Shown here piece after piece: positions 52,676 through 63,844 of a stretch of 64,000 nucleotides of DNA; the stretch's first letter is position 1; each line of letters begins with the position of its first letter. The translations under genes were made by a program, and so were the position numbers. Under the pieces are notes generated by a model, which did no database searches, had not been told where the DNA came from, and was given only the letters and a program-made list of their open reading frames with translations. This DNA comes from a bacterium (lineage in GTDB: Bacteria > Bdellovibrionota_C > UBA2361 > OMII01). The stretch spans positions 2,010 to 66,009 of the forward strand of contig JAFMIS010000001.1 of NCBI GenBank assembly GCA_017853915.1, read 5' to 3'.

Positions 52676-53554
52676 ATGAGACGGATGGCGGTGTTTGAGG
52701 ACTTTCTGAGCGCTCTTGAGGATCTAGAGAGCGACACACCGGCGGCCCGTAAAGCATTTCGCCGGCTTATGCTTCGCTACTATGACCTTCATGGCCGTGT
52801 CTTTCCATGGCGAGAGACTCGCGATCCTTACCGGATCCTGGTGAGCGAGATCATGCTCCAGCAAACGCAGACACAGCGAGTGGCAGCAAAGTATCCGGAG
52901 TTTATTAAGAGATTTTCCTCGATTCGCGCCCTGGCGCGGGCCTCGCAGAGCGAGGTGCTGAGGGCGTGGGAGGGTTTGGGCTACTATCGGCGGGCGCGGA
53001 ACTTACACCGCGCTGCCATCGCTATATGTGAATACTACAAGGGGCGAGTGCCTCGCCAACTGCGTGAACTAGGATCTCTTCCCGGCGTTGGTGATTACAC
53101 TGCAGCGGCTGTATCGGTATTCGCTTTTGACACGCCGGTGGCGATGATCGAGACGAATATCCGCTCAGTGTACCTGCATGTTTTTTTTCGGGGCAAACGA
53201 AGGGTTTCTGATAGAGACATTCGTGTGCTTGTCGAAGAGACGCTCGATCGAGGTAGGTGTCGAGAGTGGTTCTACGCGCTCATGGATTTCGGAGTTGAAT
53301 TGAAAAAAGTTCGACCCGGAATTAATGCTCGCAGTAGACATCACACCAAACAATCTACCTTTGAGGGATCAGATCGACAGATAGCAGCGCGGATCTTGCG
53401 ACAAGCTCTGCAGTCTACAAAGGGTATGAGGCTCGTAGAGCTGCGACGAGAATTCAACATATCCGAGAAAAGGCTCGTTCGGGTAGTAAAGCGGCTTATC
53501 GCGGATGGCCTGATTGAACCCTCGCCGGGGAATAAAATTAGAGCAGTGGCGTAG
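52676..53554 (+). CDS. mutY: A/G-specific adenine glycosylase (HhH-GPD), Fe-S-less type
   Basis: PWR, VSEIMLQQTQ, W.GLGYY.RA.NL, LPGVGDYTA. Confidence 0.9.
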   Translation: MRRMAVFEDFLSALEDLESDTPAARKAFRRLMLRYYDLHGRVFPWRETRDPYRILVSEIMLQQTQTQRVAAKYPEFIKRFSSIRALARASQSEVLRAWEGLGYYRRARNLHRAAIAICEYYKGRVPRQLRELGSLPGVGDYTAAAVSVFAFDTPVAMIETNIRSVYLHVFFRGKRRVSDRDIRVLVEETLDRGRCREWFYALMDFGVELKKVRPGINARSRHHTKQSTFEGSDRQIAARILRQALQSTKGMRLVELRREFNISEKRLVRVVKRLIADGLIEPSPGNKIRAVA

Positions 53555-53603
53555 GCGTGTGAATGTACCACGCGGTAGCCGAGAAGCTCACGAAACAATG
53601 AGG

Positions 53604-54326
53604 TTAGCCAATTGCTGAAAGGTCAGATGCAGTGGCAGCAGCGCCGAGAGAAGAGCGCCACTCTTTGTGGCGAGATATGATTTTGTGAGCATATTGAATC
53701 GACTGAGAAGGGACACGTTTCTTCTCGCGCAACGCGTTCGATAGGTTCGTCGGACCCCAATTGTACGCCACTAACGCGCGCTCGCGGTTTCCACTAAATC
53801 GTTCATTCAGGTACTTGAGGTAGGCGATGCCGAGACGGACGTTGGTGGCGGGATCGTGAAGATTGAGCGCCGCGCCGAAGTGGGTGTCGGTAATAGTACG
53901 GGAGATGTAGAGCCCCGTCTCGGGTGTCAACTGCATGAGTCCGCGGGCGCCACGGTGTGAAATAGCCCCGTGTCGGAATGTGCTCTCGGCTCGAATGACG
54001 GCGGTGATAAAGAGAGAATCAACATTAGCTCGGTGGCTCTCTTCAACGATGAGCGTCGCGAGAGAGTCGCTATCGGGATGCGACGGAAGCGCTTCGCGAA
54101 TGATTTTTGAGACTAAAACGATCTCAGGTGAAAGATCTAATCTCTGTCTCAGCGCGCGCGCCTCCTGGAGCTCAAGAGCAACCTCGCGCTCCTCAGAGTT
54201 TACATAAGAGTGGGTGTGATGAGAGAACACACACAACATCGAGAGATACACCGATGCCGCGGTTGATAGGATGCAGGCTATGTTTGGATTGCGCCCGCGG
54301 ATGACTTGGTAAACAGCTCGTTTCAT
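53604..54326 (-). CDS. Lytic transglycosylase (SLT domain)
   Basis: I.AES.F, S..GARGLMQL, L.DP..N...G..YL, AYN.GP. Confidence 0.92.
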   Translation of the reverse strand: MKRAVYQVIRGRNPNIACILSTAASVYLSMLCVFSHHTHSYVNSEEREVALELQEARALRQRLDLSPEIVLVSKIIREALPSHPDSDSLATLIVEESHRANVDSLFITAVIRAESTFRHGAISHRGARGLMQLTPETGLYISRTITDTHFGAALNLHDPATNVRLGIAYLKYLNERFSGNRERALVAYNWGPTNLSNALREKKRVPSQSIQYAHKIISRHKEWRSSLGAAATASDLSAIG

Positions 54327-54534
54327 ATCGACTTCCAGAAAAAGGCCTCCTTGGCAAAACACCTTTTGGTGGCCCGGAGGTTGTTTTCCTACCTAATCGA
54401 TGCGGGGTAGGTAGGAGTTGATTCCAGTGGTAAAAGATAAGAGGGCCAGGGGGTTATGACGGGGGTCTCGGTTTTCTTGAGAAAGCCCAAAATTGCCCGT
54501 AGAATGCGGCACTTGGCTTAGTTGTACCAGATTT

Positions 54535-56448
54535 ATGACTTCAACCGTTTTAAAGCAAACAGTGGTTATCGGCGGTGGGCACGCAGGCATTGAGGCCGCA
54601 TACGCCTCGGCTCGTCTTGGTATTCCAACAGTGCTCGTCTCGCTGCGCAGAGACGGTATAGGTCAGATGTCCTGTAATCCCGCGATCGGTGGAGTGGGGA
54701 AAGGGCATCTGGTGAAAGAAGTTGATGCTCTCGGCGGTTTAATGGGGCGAGCAATCGACGCGACGGGAATACAATTTCGCATCTTGAATACAAGCAAGGG
54801 AGCGGCAGCTCGCGCATCGCGCGCTCAAGCGGACAGAGAGCTCTACAAAAAATGGATCCAGGAGTATCTTGGGCAGGTTGCGAACCTCACTGTTGTAGAG
54901 GGAGAGGCTGCGTCGATCCATACCAGCGCTGGTCGAGTACGTGGTGTAAGCCTCAAAGACGGTTCTTTCATTCCAGCCGCGGCCGTGGTCCTCACGACCG
55001 GCACATTTCTTCGAGGGCTCATGCATTCCGGGGAGCGCCAAACAGAGGGTGGGCGCCTTGGAGACCTGGCATCGAATGATCTAAGCGACTCCTTGCGGAC
55101 GCTCGGGTTTCCGTTGGGAAGACTGAAGACAGGAACTCCACCACGACTGCGGCGCTCCTCGATAGATTTTTCGCGACTGCAGGAGCAGCCAGGGGATCTT
55201 CCTCCGCAACCATTTTCGTTCATGACTCCCGGTATTACGAGGCAGCAGATCTCGTGTTGGATGACCGCCACCAATGAGCGCGCTCATGATATCATTCGCT
55301 CAAACAAGGAGCGTAGCCCGATGTTCAATGGGCAGATCAAGTCGGGAGGTCCACGGTATTGCCCATCGATTGAGGATAAGGTTTTCCGATTCGCTGATAA
55401 GACGAGTCACACCGTGTTTCTTGAGCCGGAGGGCTTCGCTTCCGATATCGTCTACCCCAACGGCATCTCGACCTCTCTTCCCATTGACGTTCAGGAATCT
55501 TTTATTCGAACCATCAAAGGGCTCGAAAACGTCGAATTTCTGGCGCCAGGGTACGCTGTCGAATACGACTTCGTGGATCCTCGGCACCTTGCTCCGACAT
55601 ATGAAACCAAGGATGTGGGTGGATTGTTCCTCGCGGGGCAGATAAACGGGACGAGTGGCTACGAAGAGGCCGCGGCGCAGGGCATAATCGCGGGAATCAA
55701 CGCGGCCCAATCAATTCTCGACAAGGAGCCGCTGCTCATCACTCGAGGACAAGGGTACATCGGCGTTATGACCGACGATTTGACAACGAATGGCGTTGAT
55801 GAGCCCTATCGAATGTTCACCTCACGCGCCGAATATCGGCTCATTTTGAGAGAAGATAACGCGACGCAGCGACTGTGCCCCGTGGCGAGATCGCTCGGAT
55901 TGCTTTCGGCTGAGCAGATACGCGCGTTTGAAGCCAGGCAGGATTCGCACTCGCGCGCCCTCACATGGCTTGCCGCGACGCGGATAAAACCTACGAGCGA
56001 GACAAACGCTTGGCTTGAGGGCAAATCGACCGCGGCGCTGAAAGATAGCGCCACGCTGCAACAACTTCTCAAACGTCCTCAGCTCTCGCTTGCCGATATT
56101 CTCGCACATGTTCCCTACCCCGAGGAGCTAACCGAAGAATTAAAAGCAGCGCTTGAAATAGAGTGCAAGTTCAATGGATACCTCTCTCGCCAGGATGAGG
56201 ACGTGAAAAAGCTCAAAAAAATTGAGGGTGAGCGTATACCGGCGGACTTCCCGTACGACGCGATCAAACAACTTCGTACCGAAGCGCGTGAAAAGCTAAA
56301 GAAACATCGACCAGATTCCCTGGGACAAGCGATGCGGATTCCGGGCATGACCCCGAGCGCGGTATCGCTTCTTGCCGTGTACCTTAAGCGATTTAAGTCG
56401 GGAGAGCTGAACGAAACGGGCGCTCGAGCAGATGGACTGACCGCGTAA
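54535..56448 (+). CDS. mnmG: tRNA uridine-5-carboxymethylaminomethyl modification enzyme
   Basis: [53 protein letters not shown]. Confidence 0.98.
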   Translation: MTSTVLKQTVVIGGGHAGIEAAYASARLGIPTVLVSLRRDGIGQMSCNPAIGGVGKGHLVKEVDALGGLMGRAIDATGIQFRILNTSKGAAARASRAQADRELYKKWIQEYLGQVANLTVVEGEAASIHTSAGRVRGVSLKDGSFIPAAAVVLTTGTFLRGLMHSGERQTEGGRLGDLASNDLSDSLRTLGFPLGRLKTGTPPRLRRSSIDFSRLQEQPGDLPPQPFSFMTPGITRQQISCWMTATNERAHDIIRSNKERSPMFNGQIKSGGPRYCPSIEDKVFRFADKTSHTVFLEPEGFASDIVYPNGISTSLPIDVQESFIRTIKGLENVEFLAPGYAVEYDFVDPRHLAPTYETKDVGGLFLAGQINGTSGYEEAAAQGIIAGINAAQSILDKEPLLITRGQGYIGVMTDDLTTNGVDEPYRMFTSRAEYRLILREDNATQRLCPVARSLGLLSAEQIRAFEARQDSHSRALTWLAATRIKPTSETNAWLEGKSTAALKDSATLQQLLKRPQLSLADILAHVPYPEELTEELKAALEIECKFNGYLSRQDEDVKKLKKIEGERIPADFPYDAIKQLRTEAREKLKKHRPDSLGQAMRIPGMTPSAVSLLAVYLKRFKSGELNETGARADGLTA

Positions 56449-56498
56449 GACGCCTTGATCTATTGCTCGTCAGCGATAAACGTGCCCACAATTTCCTC

Positions 56499-57218
56499 AT
56501 GGACTTTTTTGACCATGAAAACCCCACCCCAGCGGCAAGGACCAAAGATTATCGAAATGTATTTGTCATTCAGGCCGCGCTCTTAACGACAGCGCTTCTA
56601 CTCGCCGATATCCTTCACATGCTTCATGTGTCGGAGTTTAAAACTCTGCACCACTCGGTGTATCTGGTGCTGGGAGGGACATACTTCTATCTTCTCTGGG
56701 ATCTCTTAAAAAACTTTCTCAAGAGCAGGATAGTGATAGCGAGCCTCTTCTTTTATATCATGTTGATGCTGACGGCAGTTTTCATTTTACAAAATCCATT
56801 CTTCACGTGGGTATCGAATCCAGTTCCTGGTTTAATTATCGTGCATGCTGGTCTCATCGCGATTGAGGTCCTAGCGATTGTGAGCGTATTTCGTGATGTT
56901 TTTTCGCCCAAAAACATTACTAAGAACAACTTGTGGGGCGCCGTGAGTCTTTTTCTGATGATGACGATTAGCTTCGCCAGCTTCTATGATCTGCTTAATC
57001 TTATCGCCCCGGGGAGCTTTGGATTCCCCCTTGAGCCTGGTTTTCGGACATATTCAGAATCTCTCTACTGCTCTCTTGTCGCCATTGGTGGTGGCACACC
57101 GAGCTACTCCTCACCAACGCTCCTGGTGCGAAATGTTGTGGCCCTTGAGGGAATAGTCGGGAATCTCTATCTCGTTGTTTTGATCGGCAGGATTTTAGGG
57201 CGGGTGTCGAACGATTAA
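56499..57218 (+). CDS. Potassium-channel-like membrane protein with degenerate pore motif
   Basis: Several TM helices, GAV..FL, then pore-like helix SLYCSLVAIGGG and E...G.LY..VLI.R. Confidence 0.65.
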   Translation: MDFFDHENPTPAARTKDYRNVFVIQAALLTTALLLADILHMLHVSEFKTLHHSVYLVLGGTYFYLLWDLLKNFLKSRIVIASLFFYIMLMLTAVFILQNPFFTWVSNPVPGLIIVHAGLIAIEVLAIVSVFRDVFSPKNITKNNLWGAVSLFLMMTISFASFYDLLNLIAPGSFGFPLEPGFRTYSESLYCSLVAIGGGTPSYSSPTLLVRNVVALEGIVGNLYLVVLIGRILGRVSND

Positions 57219-57253
57219 ATCGACAACGATGGTGGACTTCGCGGGCAGGATCG

Positions 57254-58666
57254 CTACGTTTTTTTGCTCAGTAAGTCTCGACGCTTTTTAGCCCAGGAGC
57301 TCTTTATCTCCTGTCTCGCCCGACCTAGGGCAAGAGCGTCCGCGGGTACGTCCTCGGTGATGACTGATCCGGCCGCGATAAGTGAGCCATCACCGATCGT
57401 GACGGGAGCAACTAGGCAGGAGTTGCTGCCTATAAAAACATCCTTACCAATCGTAGTCTTCGATTTTCGATAGCCATCGTAGTTGCATGTAATCGTTCCC
57501 GCTCCGATGTTTGTCTCCTCACCCACGATGCAATCTCCCAGGTATGTAAGGTGAGAGGCCTTGGCTCCATCATGAAGAGTCGAGCCCTTAACTTCCACAA
57601 AGTTTCCGACCCGAACATGCGCGCCAAGAATGGTGCCAGGTCTCACGTTAGCGAAGGGCCCTACAGAGCTTTCGGCCCCGATGGTCGAGTCTTCGATCCG
57701 ACTTCCGAGTTTAATGTGGGCCGAAGGACCTATGCTGCTATTGATAATGAGCGAAGATCCCTCAAGCACAACTGACGCGGCGATGGTTGTGGTGCCCTTG
57801 AGCTGCACGTGAGGCCCGATCCGAGCTCCCGGTTCGATGGTTACAGACTCGTCGATGGAGCAGCTGGAGAGGTCGTCAAAAATAACACCAGAGCTTTGCA
57901 AACGCTGAAGGAAACGCTCCTGGAGAACTCTGTTCACAAAAGCGAGGTCGCTCAATGTGTTAACGCCAGCGGCCTCTTTGGGGTCTCCGAGAGGAAAAGC
58001 GTTTACGGTCTGGCCCTCTTTTGAAGCCCGTTCGACGATATCAGTAAGGTAGTACTCGCCCTGTGAGTTCTTATTTTCAAGAGAATCGATCGCTGGCTTC
58101 AGGAATGACGAGTCGACCGCGTAGACTCCCGAATTAACCTCTGGGATCAGGAGCTCTTCAGGAGAGCAATCCTTTGCCTCCGTGATTCGCAGGACTTGGT
58201 TAGAGGAGCCTCGAATAATTCGCCCATATCCATTTGGTGGTGGAGTCTGGAATGAGATCATCGTGAGAGTGGATTTCTTATAGCGGTGGTACTCGAGGAA
58301 GTGCCGCAAGGTCTCTGGTCGAAACAGCGGATGATCGGCGTAGGTTAAGATGACTGTGCCCTTGCACCCAACAAGCGCTGGTAGGGCGCATCGTACCGCA
58401 TGACCCGTCCCGAGCTGCTGATCCTGGTATACAGTCTCGATCGAGTGGTGCGCAGCGGCGGGAGAGGAGGCGAGGTGTTTCTCAAGAAGTTCTCGCTTGT
58501 GACCGACGACCACGATCGTTTTGGCAGGCTTGAGAGGCTCTAAGCCACGTAACACAAGGTCGATGAGAGCTCCCGCTCGAGTACTGGCGAGAGCCTTAGG
58601 GCTATCGCCTCCTAAGCGCTTTCCGAGACCAGCAGCTAAAATAACGCAATACGTATGATCGCTCAT
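57254..58666 (-). CDS. glmU: Bifunctional UDP-GlcNAc pyrophosphorylase / acetyltransferase
   Basis: ILAAGLG.R, QLGTGHA, GYGRI, GEYYLTD, GNFVE.K, HLTYLGD, CNYDG. Confidence 0.97.
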   Translation of the reverse strand: MSDHTYCVILAAGLGKRLGGDSPKALASTRAGALIDLVLRGLEPLKPAKTIVVVGHKRELLEKHLASSPAAAHHSIETVYQDQQLGTGHAVRCALPALVGCKGTVILTYADHPLFRPETLRHFLEYHRYKKSTLTMISFQTPPPNGYGRIIRGSSNQVLRITEAKDCSPEELLIPEVNSGVYAVDSSFLKPAIDSLENKNSQGEYYLTDIVERASKEGQTVNAFPLGDPKEAAGVNTLSDLAFVNRVLQERFLQRLQSSGVIFDDLSSCSIDESVTIEPGARIGPHVQLKGTTTIAASVVLEGSSLIINSSIGPSAHIKLGSRIEDSTIGAESSVGPFANVRPGTILGAHVRVGNFVEVKGSTLHDGAKASHLTYLGDCIVGEETNIGAGTITCNYDGYRKSKTTIGKDVFIGSNSCLVAPVTIGDGSLIAAGSVITEDVPADALALGRARQEIKSSWAKKRRDLLSKKT

Positions 58667-58816
58667 GATGCAACGGTAGCACGGGCCGCGGGGCTTAAAA
58701 AGTGGCCCGGAACAGCCCTGAGCGGATCGCTGAGGAATCCAGCAAAATACCTTTTGATCCTCCCACTTCCTTGCTATTCATAGCTACTCGGAAAGAGGCA
58801 CAAGGATACTCGCGTT

Positions 58817-60049
58817 ATGGTGACAAAAATAAAAGTAGCTAATCCCGTTGTTGAGCTTGATGGCGATGAGATGACACGGATCATCTGGCAGATAATTCGC
58901 GAAAAGCTGATCCTGCCCTTTCTTGATATCGATATCAAATACTACGATCTCTCAATTCAGAATCGGGATGCCACAAACGATCAGGTCACGATAGATTCAG
59001 CCGAAGCGATCAAAAAGTACGGTGTTGGTATTAAGTGCGCGACAATCACGCCCGATGAGGCGCGAGTAAAGGAATTTAGCCTTAAAAAGATGTGGAAGTC
59101 CCCGAATGGGACGATTCGTAATATCATTGGCGGCACCGTATTTCGCGAGCCAATTATCTGTCGAAATATCCCGCGTTTGGTGCCTGGGTGGACTGAGTCA
59201 ATAATAATTGGTCGCCACGCGTTCGGAGATCAGTATCGAGCGACTGACTTCAAGGTGCCCGGCAAGGGCACGCTCACTATGAAGTTTGTTCCGGCTGATG
59301 GAGGAGCGGCTATCGAGCATGAGGTTTTTGATTTCACTGGAAGTGGCGTCGCGATGGGGATGTATAACCTCGATGAGTCGATCCGTAGCTTCGCGCGAAG
59401 CAGTTTAAACTATGGACTCGCCAAGAAGCTCCCGACCTACCTTTCGACGAAAAATACGATATTAAAAGCCTACGATGGCCGATTCAAAGACATCTTTCAG
59501 GAGGTATACGACACGGAATTCAAAGCCGCCTTTGAAGCGGCAGGCATTGAGTACCAGCATCGCTTAATTGATGACATGGTCGCGTACGCGATGAAATCAA
59601 AGGGCGGCTTTGTCTGGGCGTGTAAGAACTATGATGGTGATGTGCAGTCCGACTCAGTGGCGCAAGGCTTCGGATCTCTTGGTCTCATGACCTCTGTTCT
59701 TATGACTGAAGATGGTAAAACTATCGAGGCAGAGGCGGCCCACGGCACTGTTACCCGCCACTATAGACTTCATCAGCAAGGAAAAGAGACCTCGACGAAT
59801 CCAATTGCCTCTATATTCGCGTGGAGCACGGGGCTTCGGTATCGAGCCGCGTTTGATGGCAATGAGGAGCTCTCGCGATTTGCCACTACACTCGAACGAG
59901 TGTGCGTCGATGCCGTTGAGAGCGGAACCATGACGAAGGACCTCGCGATGTGCATTCATGGAGAGGCGACCCAACGTCAGCATTACGTCACCACTGAGCA
60001 GTTTATGGCGCGAGTCGCTGATCTGTTAGCGACACGACTCTCCCGTTAG
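58817..60049 (+). CDS. icd: NADP-dependent isocitrate dehydrogenase (IDH1-like subfamily)
   Basis: [45 protein letters not shown]. Confidence 0.97.
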   Translation: MVTKIKVANPVVELDGDEMTRIIWQIIREKLILPFLDIDIKYYDLSIQNRDATNDQVTIDSAEAIKKYGVGIKCATITPDEARVKEFSLKKMWKSPNGTIRNIIGGTVFREPIICRNIPRLVPGWTESIIIGRHAFGDQYRATDFKVPGKGTLTMKFVPADGGAAIEHEVFDFTGSGVAMGMYNLDESIRSFARSSLNYGLAKKLPTYLSTKNTILKAYDGRFKDIFQEVYDTEFKAAFEAAGIEYQHRLIDDMVAYAMKSKGGFVWACKNYDGDVQSDSVAQGFGSLGLMTSVLMTEDGKTIEAEAAHGTVTRHYRLHQQGKETSTNPIASIFAWSTGLRYRAAFDGNEELSRFATTLERVCVDAVESGTMTKDLAMCIHGEATQRQHYVTTEQFMARVADLLATRLSR

Positions 60050-60191
60050 GCCCTGCTGCCTACGAGCTGCGATATGTAAGGCGGCCTTAGCTGTTCGAAC
60101 TTTGACTTTGCAAGTTCCTCTGCGATAGTCTCCCTGCCTCAAGCCTGCCTAGTTGATCACATGCGCGGGTTTATGGAATCACTGAGGGAAC

Positions 60192-60887
60192 GTGAGCAAG
60201 GTCGCTGCTTCAAATCAAAAGACATTTATAGGCGAGACGACTCCGCGCGACGCGGAGTTTTGGAAATTATCCGCTTCCATGCGCGATATGCGTGACTTAG
60301 AGGCGTTTCGATCCTTCGAAGAGCTTCGACGGTCCCACATTGAGGGAGTAGACTACCGAGTTGAAGAGCGTCGGGGCGCAATCAATCTACTCTGTGCCGC
60401 ATGGCATGGAGGTAGAATGGAATTAGGGAGCGATATACTCGCTAACGCTATAGCAGGCGAGCGGTTCCACTACTATGCGTTTAGCGCCCTGATTCCTCAC
60501 TCTGGTCGCGGAGATCACCCCCTTCATATCACCTCGAGCCGTTTCAATGAGCCCCGGCTGCTACGGATTGCTGAAGCAAGTGACATGGTATTCGCGATAC
60601 ACTGCTGCAGCACCGCTGAGGGATCTCGCCGTATTTTTATTGGTGGAGGGGCGCGGGATGGAATAAAAGAGGGTTTAATCGAAAGTCTAAGAGCACACGA
60701 CTTTAACGCTGGCGCTGACCGGCTGTTCCCTGGCCTCCATCCATCGAACCCCTGCAATCGAGGACAACGCCTCGGCGTTCAGATCGAGATACCCCAAGAT
60801 TACATGAACTGGCTGCTCGCTCATGACGAGCGTTTTGATCGCCTCTCAACGATCATTTCCGACTATATGGCTGCGCTCGCGCGATAG
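60192..60887 (+). CDS. Poly-gamma-glutamate hydrolase family (DUF867-like) protein
   Basis: HGG.ME.GS, HITS.RF.EP, AIH, G..P.N.CNR, GVQIEI. Confidence 0.75.
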   Translation: MSKVAASNQKTFIGETTPRDAEFWKLSASMRDMRDLEAFRSFEELRRSHIEGVDYRVEERRGAINLLCAAWHGGRMELGSDILANAIAGERFHYYAFSALIPHSGRGDHPLHITSSRFNEPRLLRIAEASDMVFAIHCCSTAEGSRRIFIGGGARDGIKEGLIESLRAHDFNAGADRLFPGLHPSNPCNRGQRLGVQIEIPQDYMNWLLAHDERFDRLSTIISDYMAALAR

Positions 60888-60979
60888 TTTTTTAGGCCAC
60901 GATTACTTGTTGCCTCGGAATACCGTTAAACCCCCAGGATTGAGTTGGCGTTGCCTCGGACATCTCTGGATTGTTGGCG

Positions 60980-61567
60980 CTATATAGCGTCTGAGGACGA
61001 GAGGGGCGAGGACAGGAGTTTTTCAATGCTTGCCTGGGCCCTTGGGGAGCTCCAATCTCGTGGCCCGACAATCCGGCGAGTCATTGACCCGGTGGCTGGA
61101 TCCTGAAAGGAGATCTGCTCTCCGGAGGAATTCAGCATGATCGTCATCGGCAATCCCTGCGCTCCAAAAGCTCTCTTCAGAGCACCTTGTGCGTCAACTA
61201 AAACCGGGAATGGAATCCGCAACGTTTTGGCGAAATTGCTCGCGTCGGAAGCTGAGTCATCGATCGCTATTCCTAGTACCACAAAATCTCGACCCTGAAA
61301 TTTCCGTGATAGCTGAGAGAGAGAGGGAGCCTCAATCGCGCATGGGCCGCACCATGAAGCAAGGAAGTGTAGGAGAACAACAGAGCCGTGAAAGTCCGAG
61401 AGTGAGACCGATTCTCCATCGGTTGTCGTAAATTCCTTGTCGCTGAGCCCCACCCGTGTCACGGGATAGGATGGCACCGCCTGCACCAAGTCGCCTGGCG
61501 CTACGAGGCTTGAGAAAAAACACACGCAGAGGGTGCTCAATCGTATTGCGGTGGCGGATAATCGCAT
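60980..61567 (-). CDS. TlpA/ResA-family thiol-disulfide oxidoreductase
   Basis: ASWCGPC..E.P, GLP.T, GPRDW; signal peptide. Confidence 0.9.
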   Translation of the reverse strand: MRLSATAIRLSTLCVCFFSSLVAPGDLVQAVPSYPVTRVGLSDKEFTTTDGESVSLSDFHGSVVLLHFLASWCGPCAIEAPSLSQLSRKFQGRDFVVLGIAIDDSASDASNFAKTLRIPFPVLVDAQGALKRAFGAQGLPMTIMLNSSGEQISFQDPATGSMTRRIVGPRDWSSPRAQASIEKLLSSPLSSSDAI

Positions 61568-61578
61568 GAAATTTCGGG

Positions 61579-62586
61579 CTAGTACGAGATCTTCATCTTC
61601 GATAGTTTTTGCGAGGTTACGCGACCAAACTGATCCCGCAGAGAAACAGTTACGGTGACTTCTTTAAAAGAGTCTGTCGGTAGCGGTACGAACTCTCCGA
61701 TGTAGTGGCCCGGCGCTCGCTCAACGAGGGGAACACCTTGAGCCACTGTTCCAACGTCAAAGCTCGCAGTCTGGGCCGGAGAGCCGAACGCGACAACGAT
61801 AAGCTTGTCGCCCTTTTTCATGCGGCCGGAGGGTGAGTCATGCGCGGAGGCAAGAATGAAGGGTGCTGGAGAGGACAAGAATTCGGGGCGCGAGCGGTTT
61901 GAGAGAGGCTCTATAGATTTCTCAACGACATTGCGGGCGAGATCCGTGATAATTTCGTTATCGAGTCCTTTAAGAGGCTCAAGCACAAGATTAGAGAAGC
62001 CAGTTGGGCCCTTCGTGATTCCTCGGCTATCCGAATCGCGCGAGTCGATCTCGTAGAGCACTTTATTAGTTCGGGCTGAGACGAGCTTGAGGTTGAGGCC
62101 TACCGTCGCGACAGCCTGAATTCCGTAGTAGCTACGGTCCCACGACGTTACTTTCCCATACAGAACAGCGTCGCACGAGAGGACCTTGGAGCATATCTCC
62201 TGTGGACTGACAGCGAAAACTTTCGAGAGATCCATCTCAACCGGATTGCTTCCAGCTACACCAAATCCCGCGTGAATAAGCTCAGCGGCTACCAGCGCTG
62301 GTGGAATAACATCGAGGGAGGCCTGAGCCAATTCAGATTGCACCAGGTTTTGTACGAATTGAGCTGGGGTCTGCTTTAGCTGTGATGATACCAGAGCCAC
62401 ATTGTCGATCAGCAGATTCTCGTCTGTGCGTGTGAGTTGTCCAGAGGAGTCGACCTGCGCAAAAGGCAGAACCGCGATCCGAATTGGCTCTGAGGGGTTA
62501 AACGCGATATTGGCCTTGTAGGTGCCCGCGCAACCAACGAGCAGAAGGCTTACCACGAGGGCGAGCGGTAGTGGGAGGTTCTTCAT
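61579..62586 (-). CDS. DUF799/GNA1162-like lipoprotein
   Basis: Lipobox LLVGC, IAVLPF, DAVLYG.V..W...Y. Confidence 0.72.
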   Translation of the reverse strand: MKNLPLPLALVVSLLLVGCAGTYKANIAFNPSEPIRIAVLPFAQVDSSGQLTRTDENLLIDNVALVSSQLKQTPAQFVQNLVQSELAQASLDVIPPALVAAELIHAGFGVAGSNPVEMDLSKVFAVSPQEICSKVLSCDAVLYGKVTSWDRSYYGIQAVATVGLNLKLVSARTNKVLYEIDSRDSDSRGITKGPTGFSNLVLEPLKGLDNEIITDLARNVVEKSIEPLSNRSRPEFLSSPAPFILASAHDSPSGRMKKGDKLIVVAFGSPAQTASFDVGTVAQGVPLVERAPGHYIGEFVPLPTDSFKEVTVTVSLRDQFGRVTSQKLSKMKISY

Positions 62587-62597
62587 AAAAATCCTTG

Positions 62598-63806
62598 TTA
62601 TCGCGTACTCGTGTTTTGTGTTGGTATCTGCACTGGAAGGGAGGGAATCCCACCTGATCCAACCGCAACAACGTGAATAGGTCCCGGTGCTCCGGTAATC
62701 GTAGTCGAGGAGGAAGCGGCCTCACGCCATTTTTCAAAGGGGCCCGCCTCGGATGTGGCGGTATACAGCACCAGCTTCTCCGCTTTGCATGCTTTAATGG
62801 TCTCACTACAGCCAGCCTGCACCCGGGATACATCTTGGCCAACGAGGGCGCATCGAATTGCTATGTGATCGGGGGAGCTCTGTACGCGCTCTTCCAGAGC
62901 GCACGGAGAGCGAGCGGGTAGTGTCAGCTCCCTTCGCTCTGAGTTACCGAACACGGAGCGGAGCTCAACCGTCGCTGGAGTTCCAGCAGTAGAGGCGACC
63001 AGCGCCGAGAACGCTGAACAGTATGAGCCGGGAGAAGTTTCTCGTAGGGTTGTCTGATTACTTCCGATGAGGAGAGAAGCAAAAGAATGAGGGGTGCCCT
63101 TAAGGCAGACCGTATAGCTCGTCGGGCTATTCCATTCCGCGGTCGCGGATTGCAGAGCAAGCTCAAGACCCTCTCGTTGAGCCATCGCGGTCGTCTGAAC
63201 AGGAGCAGGTAGTTGCTCAACAACCGACTTAGCGAACTCAGAGGCTAGTTCCTGATATGCCGCGTCTCCAGAGTTGTTAACTTGAGAAATTATGCCTTGA
63301 AATATCTGACCTGAATTGAAGAGGAGGCCACCTTTTTCCGACTGTGTATAGTCTACCGCAATCAGCTCGGTGCCATGTGGATCCAGGAGCGATAGCGTGC
63401 CAGAGAGTTGGTTATAGTAACCGGCAACGAAGTTGTTTTTCGAAAAGGAGTTGATCGAGAGTGTGGCAAACGCCTCCACAAGGTACTGCGATCGCAATCG
63501 CGCGCGCTCAGGGCACGCTGGTGATGAGCACACGCTCTTTACGATCTTTTCCTCTGCGACGATAAAGTTGTGATTTCTCAGCTCGCTTACGATCTCTCCT
63601 CGTACGAGGTCGATCCGTTCGCGAGGAATATCAAGCGAATAATCAGCGGGGAGAAGCGCGATATGGGCCGGAAGAGAAGAACCGGCGGGCAAGCGCGAAG
63701 TTACCTTGGGGCTGCACGCTGATGCGAAACAGAGCAGCGCGACGAGGGGCGCGAGGAGACAGTCGCTGCGGAGAGTGCGGAGAAATTGTAAGGGGCGGAA
63801 GTTCAT
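62598..63806 (-). CDS. Cys-rich lipoprotein, probable divergent paralog of the downstream gene
   Basis: Lipobox-like FASAC, IALLP, similar layout and C-terminal L.E..PG.Y...F. Confidence 0.65.
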   Translation of the reverse strand: MNFRPLQFLRTLRSDCLLAPLVALLCFASACSPKVTSRLPAGSSLPAHIALLPADYSLDIPRERIDLVRGEIVSELRNHNFIVAEEKIVKSVCSSPACPERARLRSQYLVEAFATLSINSFSKNNFVAGYYNQLSGTLSLLDPHGTELIAVDYTQSEKGGLLFNSGQIFQGIISQVNNSGDAAYQELASEFAKSVVEQLPAPVQTTAMAQREGLELALQSATAEWNSPTSYTVCLKGTPHSFASLLIGSNQTTLRETSPGSYCSAFSALVASTAGTPATVELRSVFGNSERRELTLPARSPCALEERVQSSPDHIAIRCALVGQDVSRVQAGCSETIKACKAEKLVLYTATSEAGPFEKWREAASSSTTITGAPGPIHVVAVGSGGIPSLPVQIPTQNTSTR

Positions 63807-63844
63807 GACATCTCCTGTAGTATCTAGGCAGCGATCCACCGGCG

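Noticed and set aside
60909..60960. 11-bp direct repeat GTTGCCTCGGA between convergent genes
   Set aside because: Only two copies and nothing flanked that suggests an insertion or array
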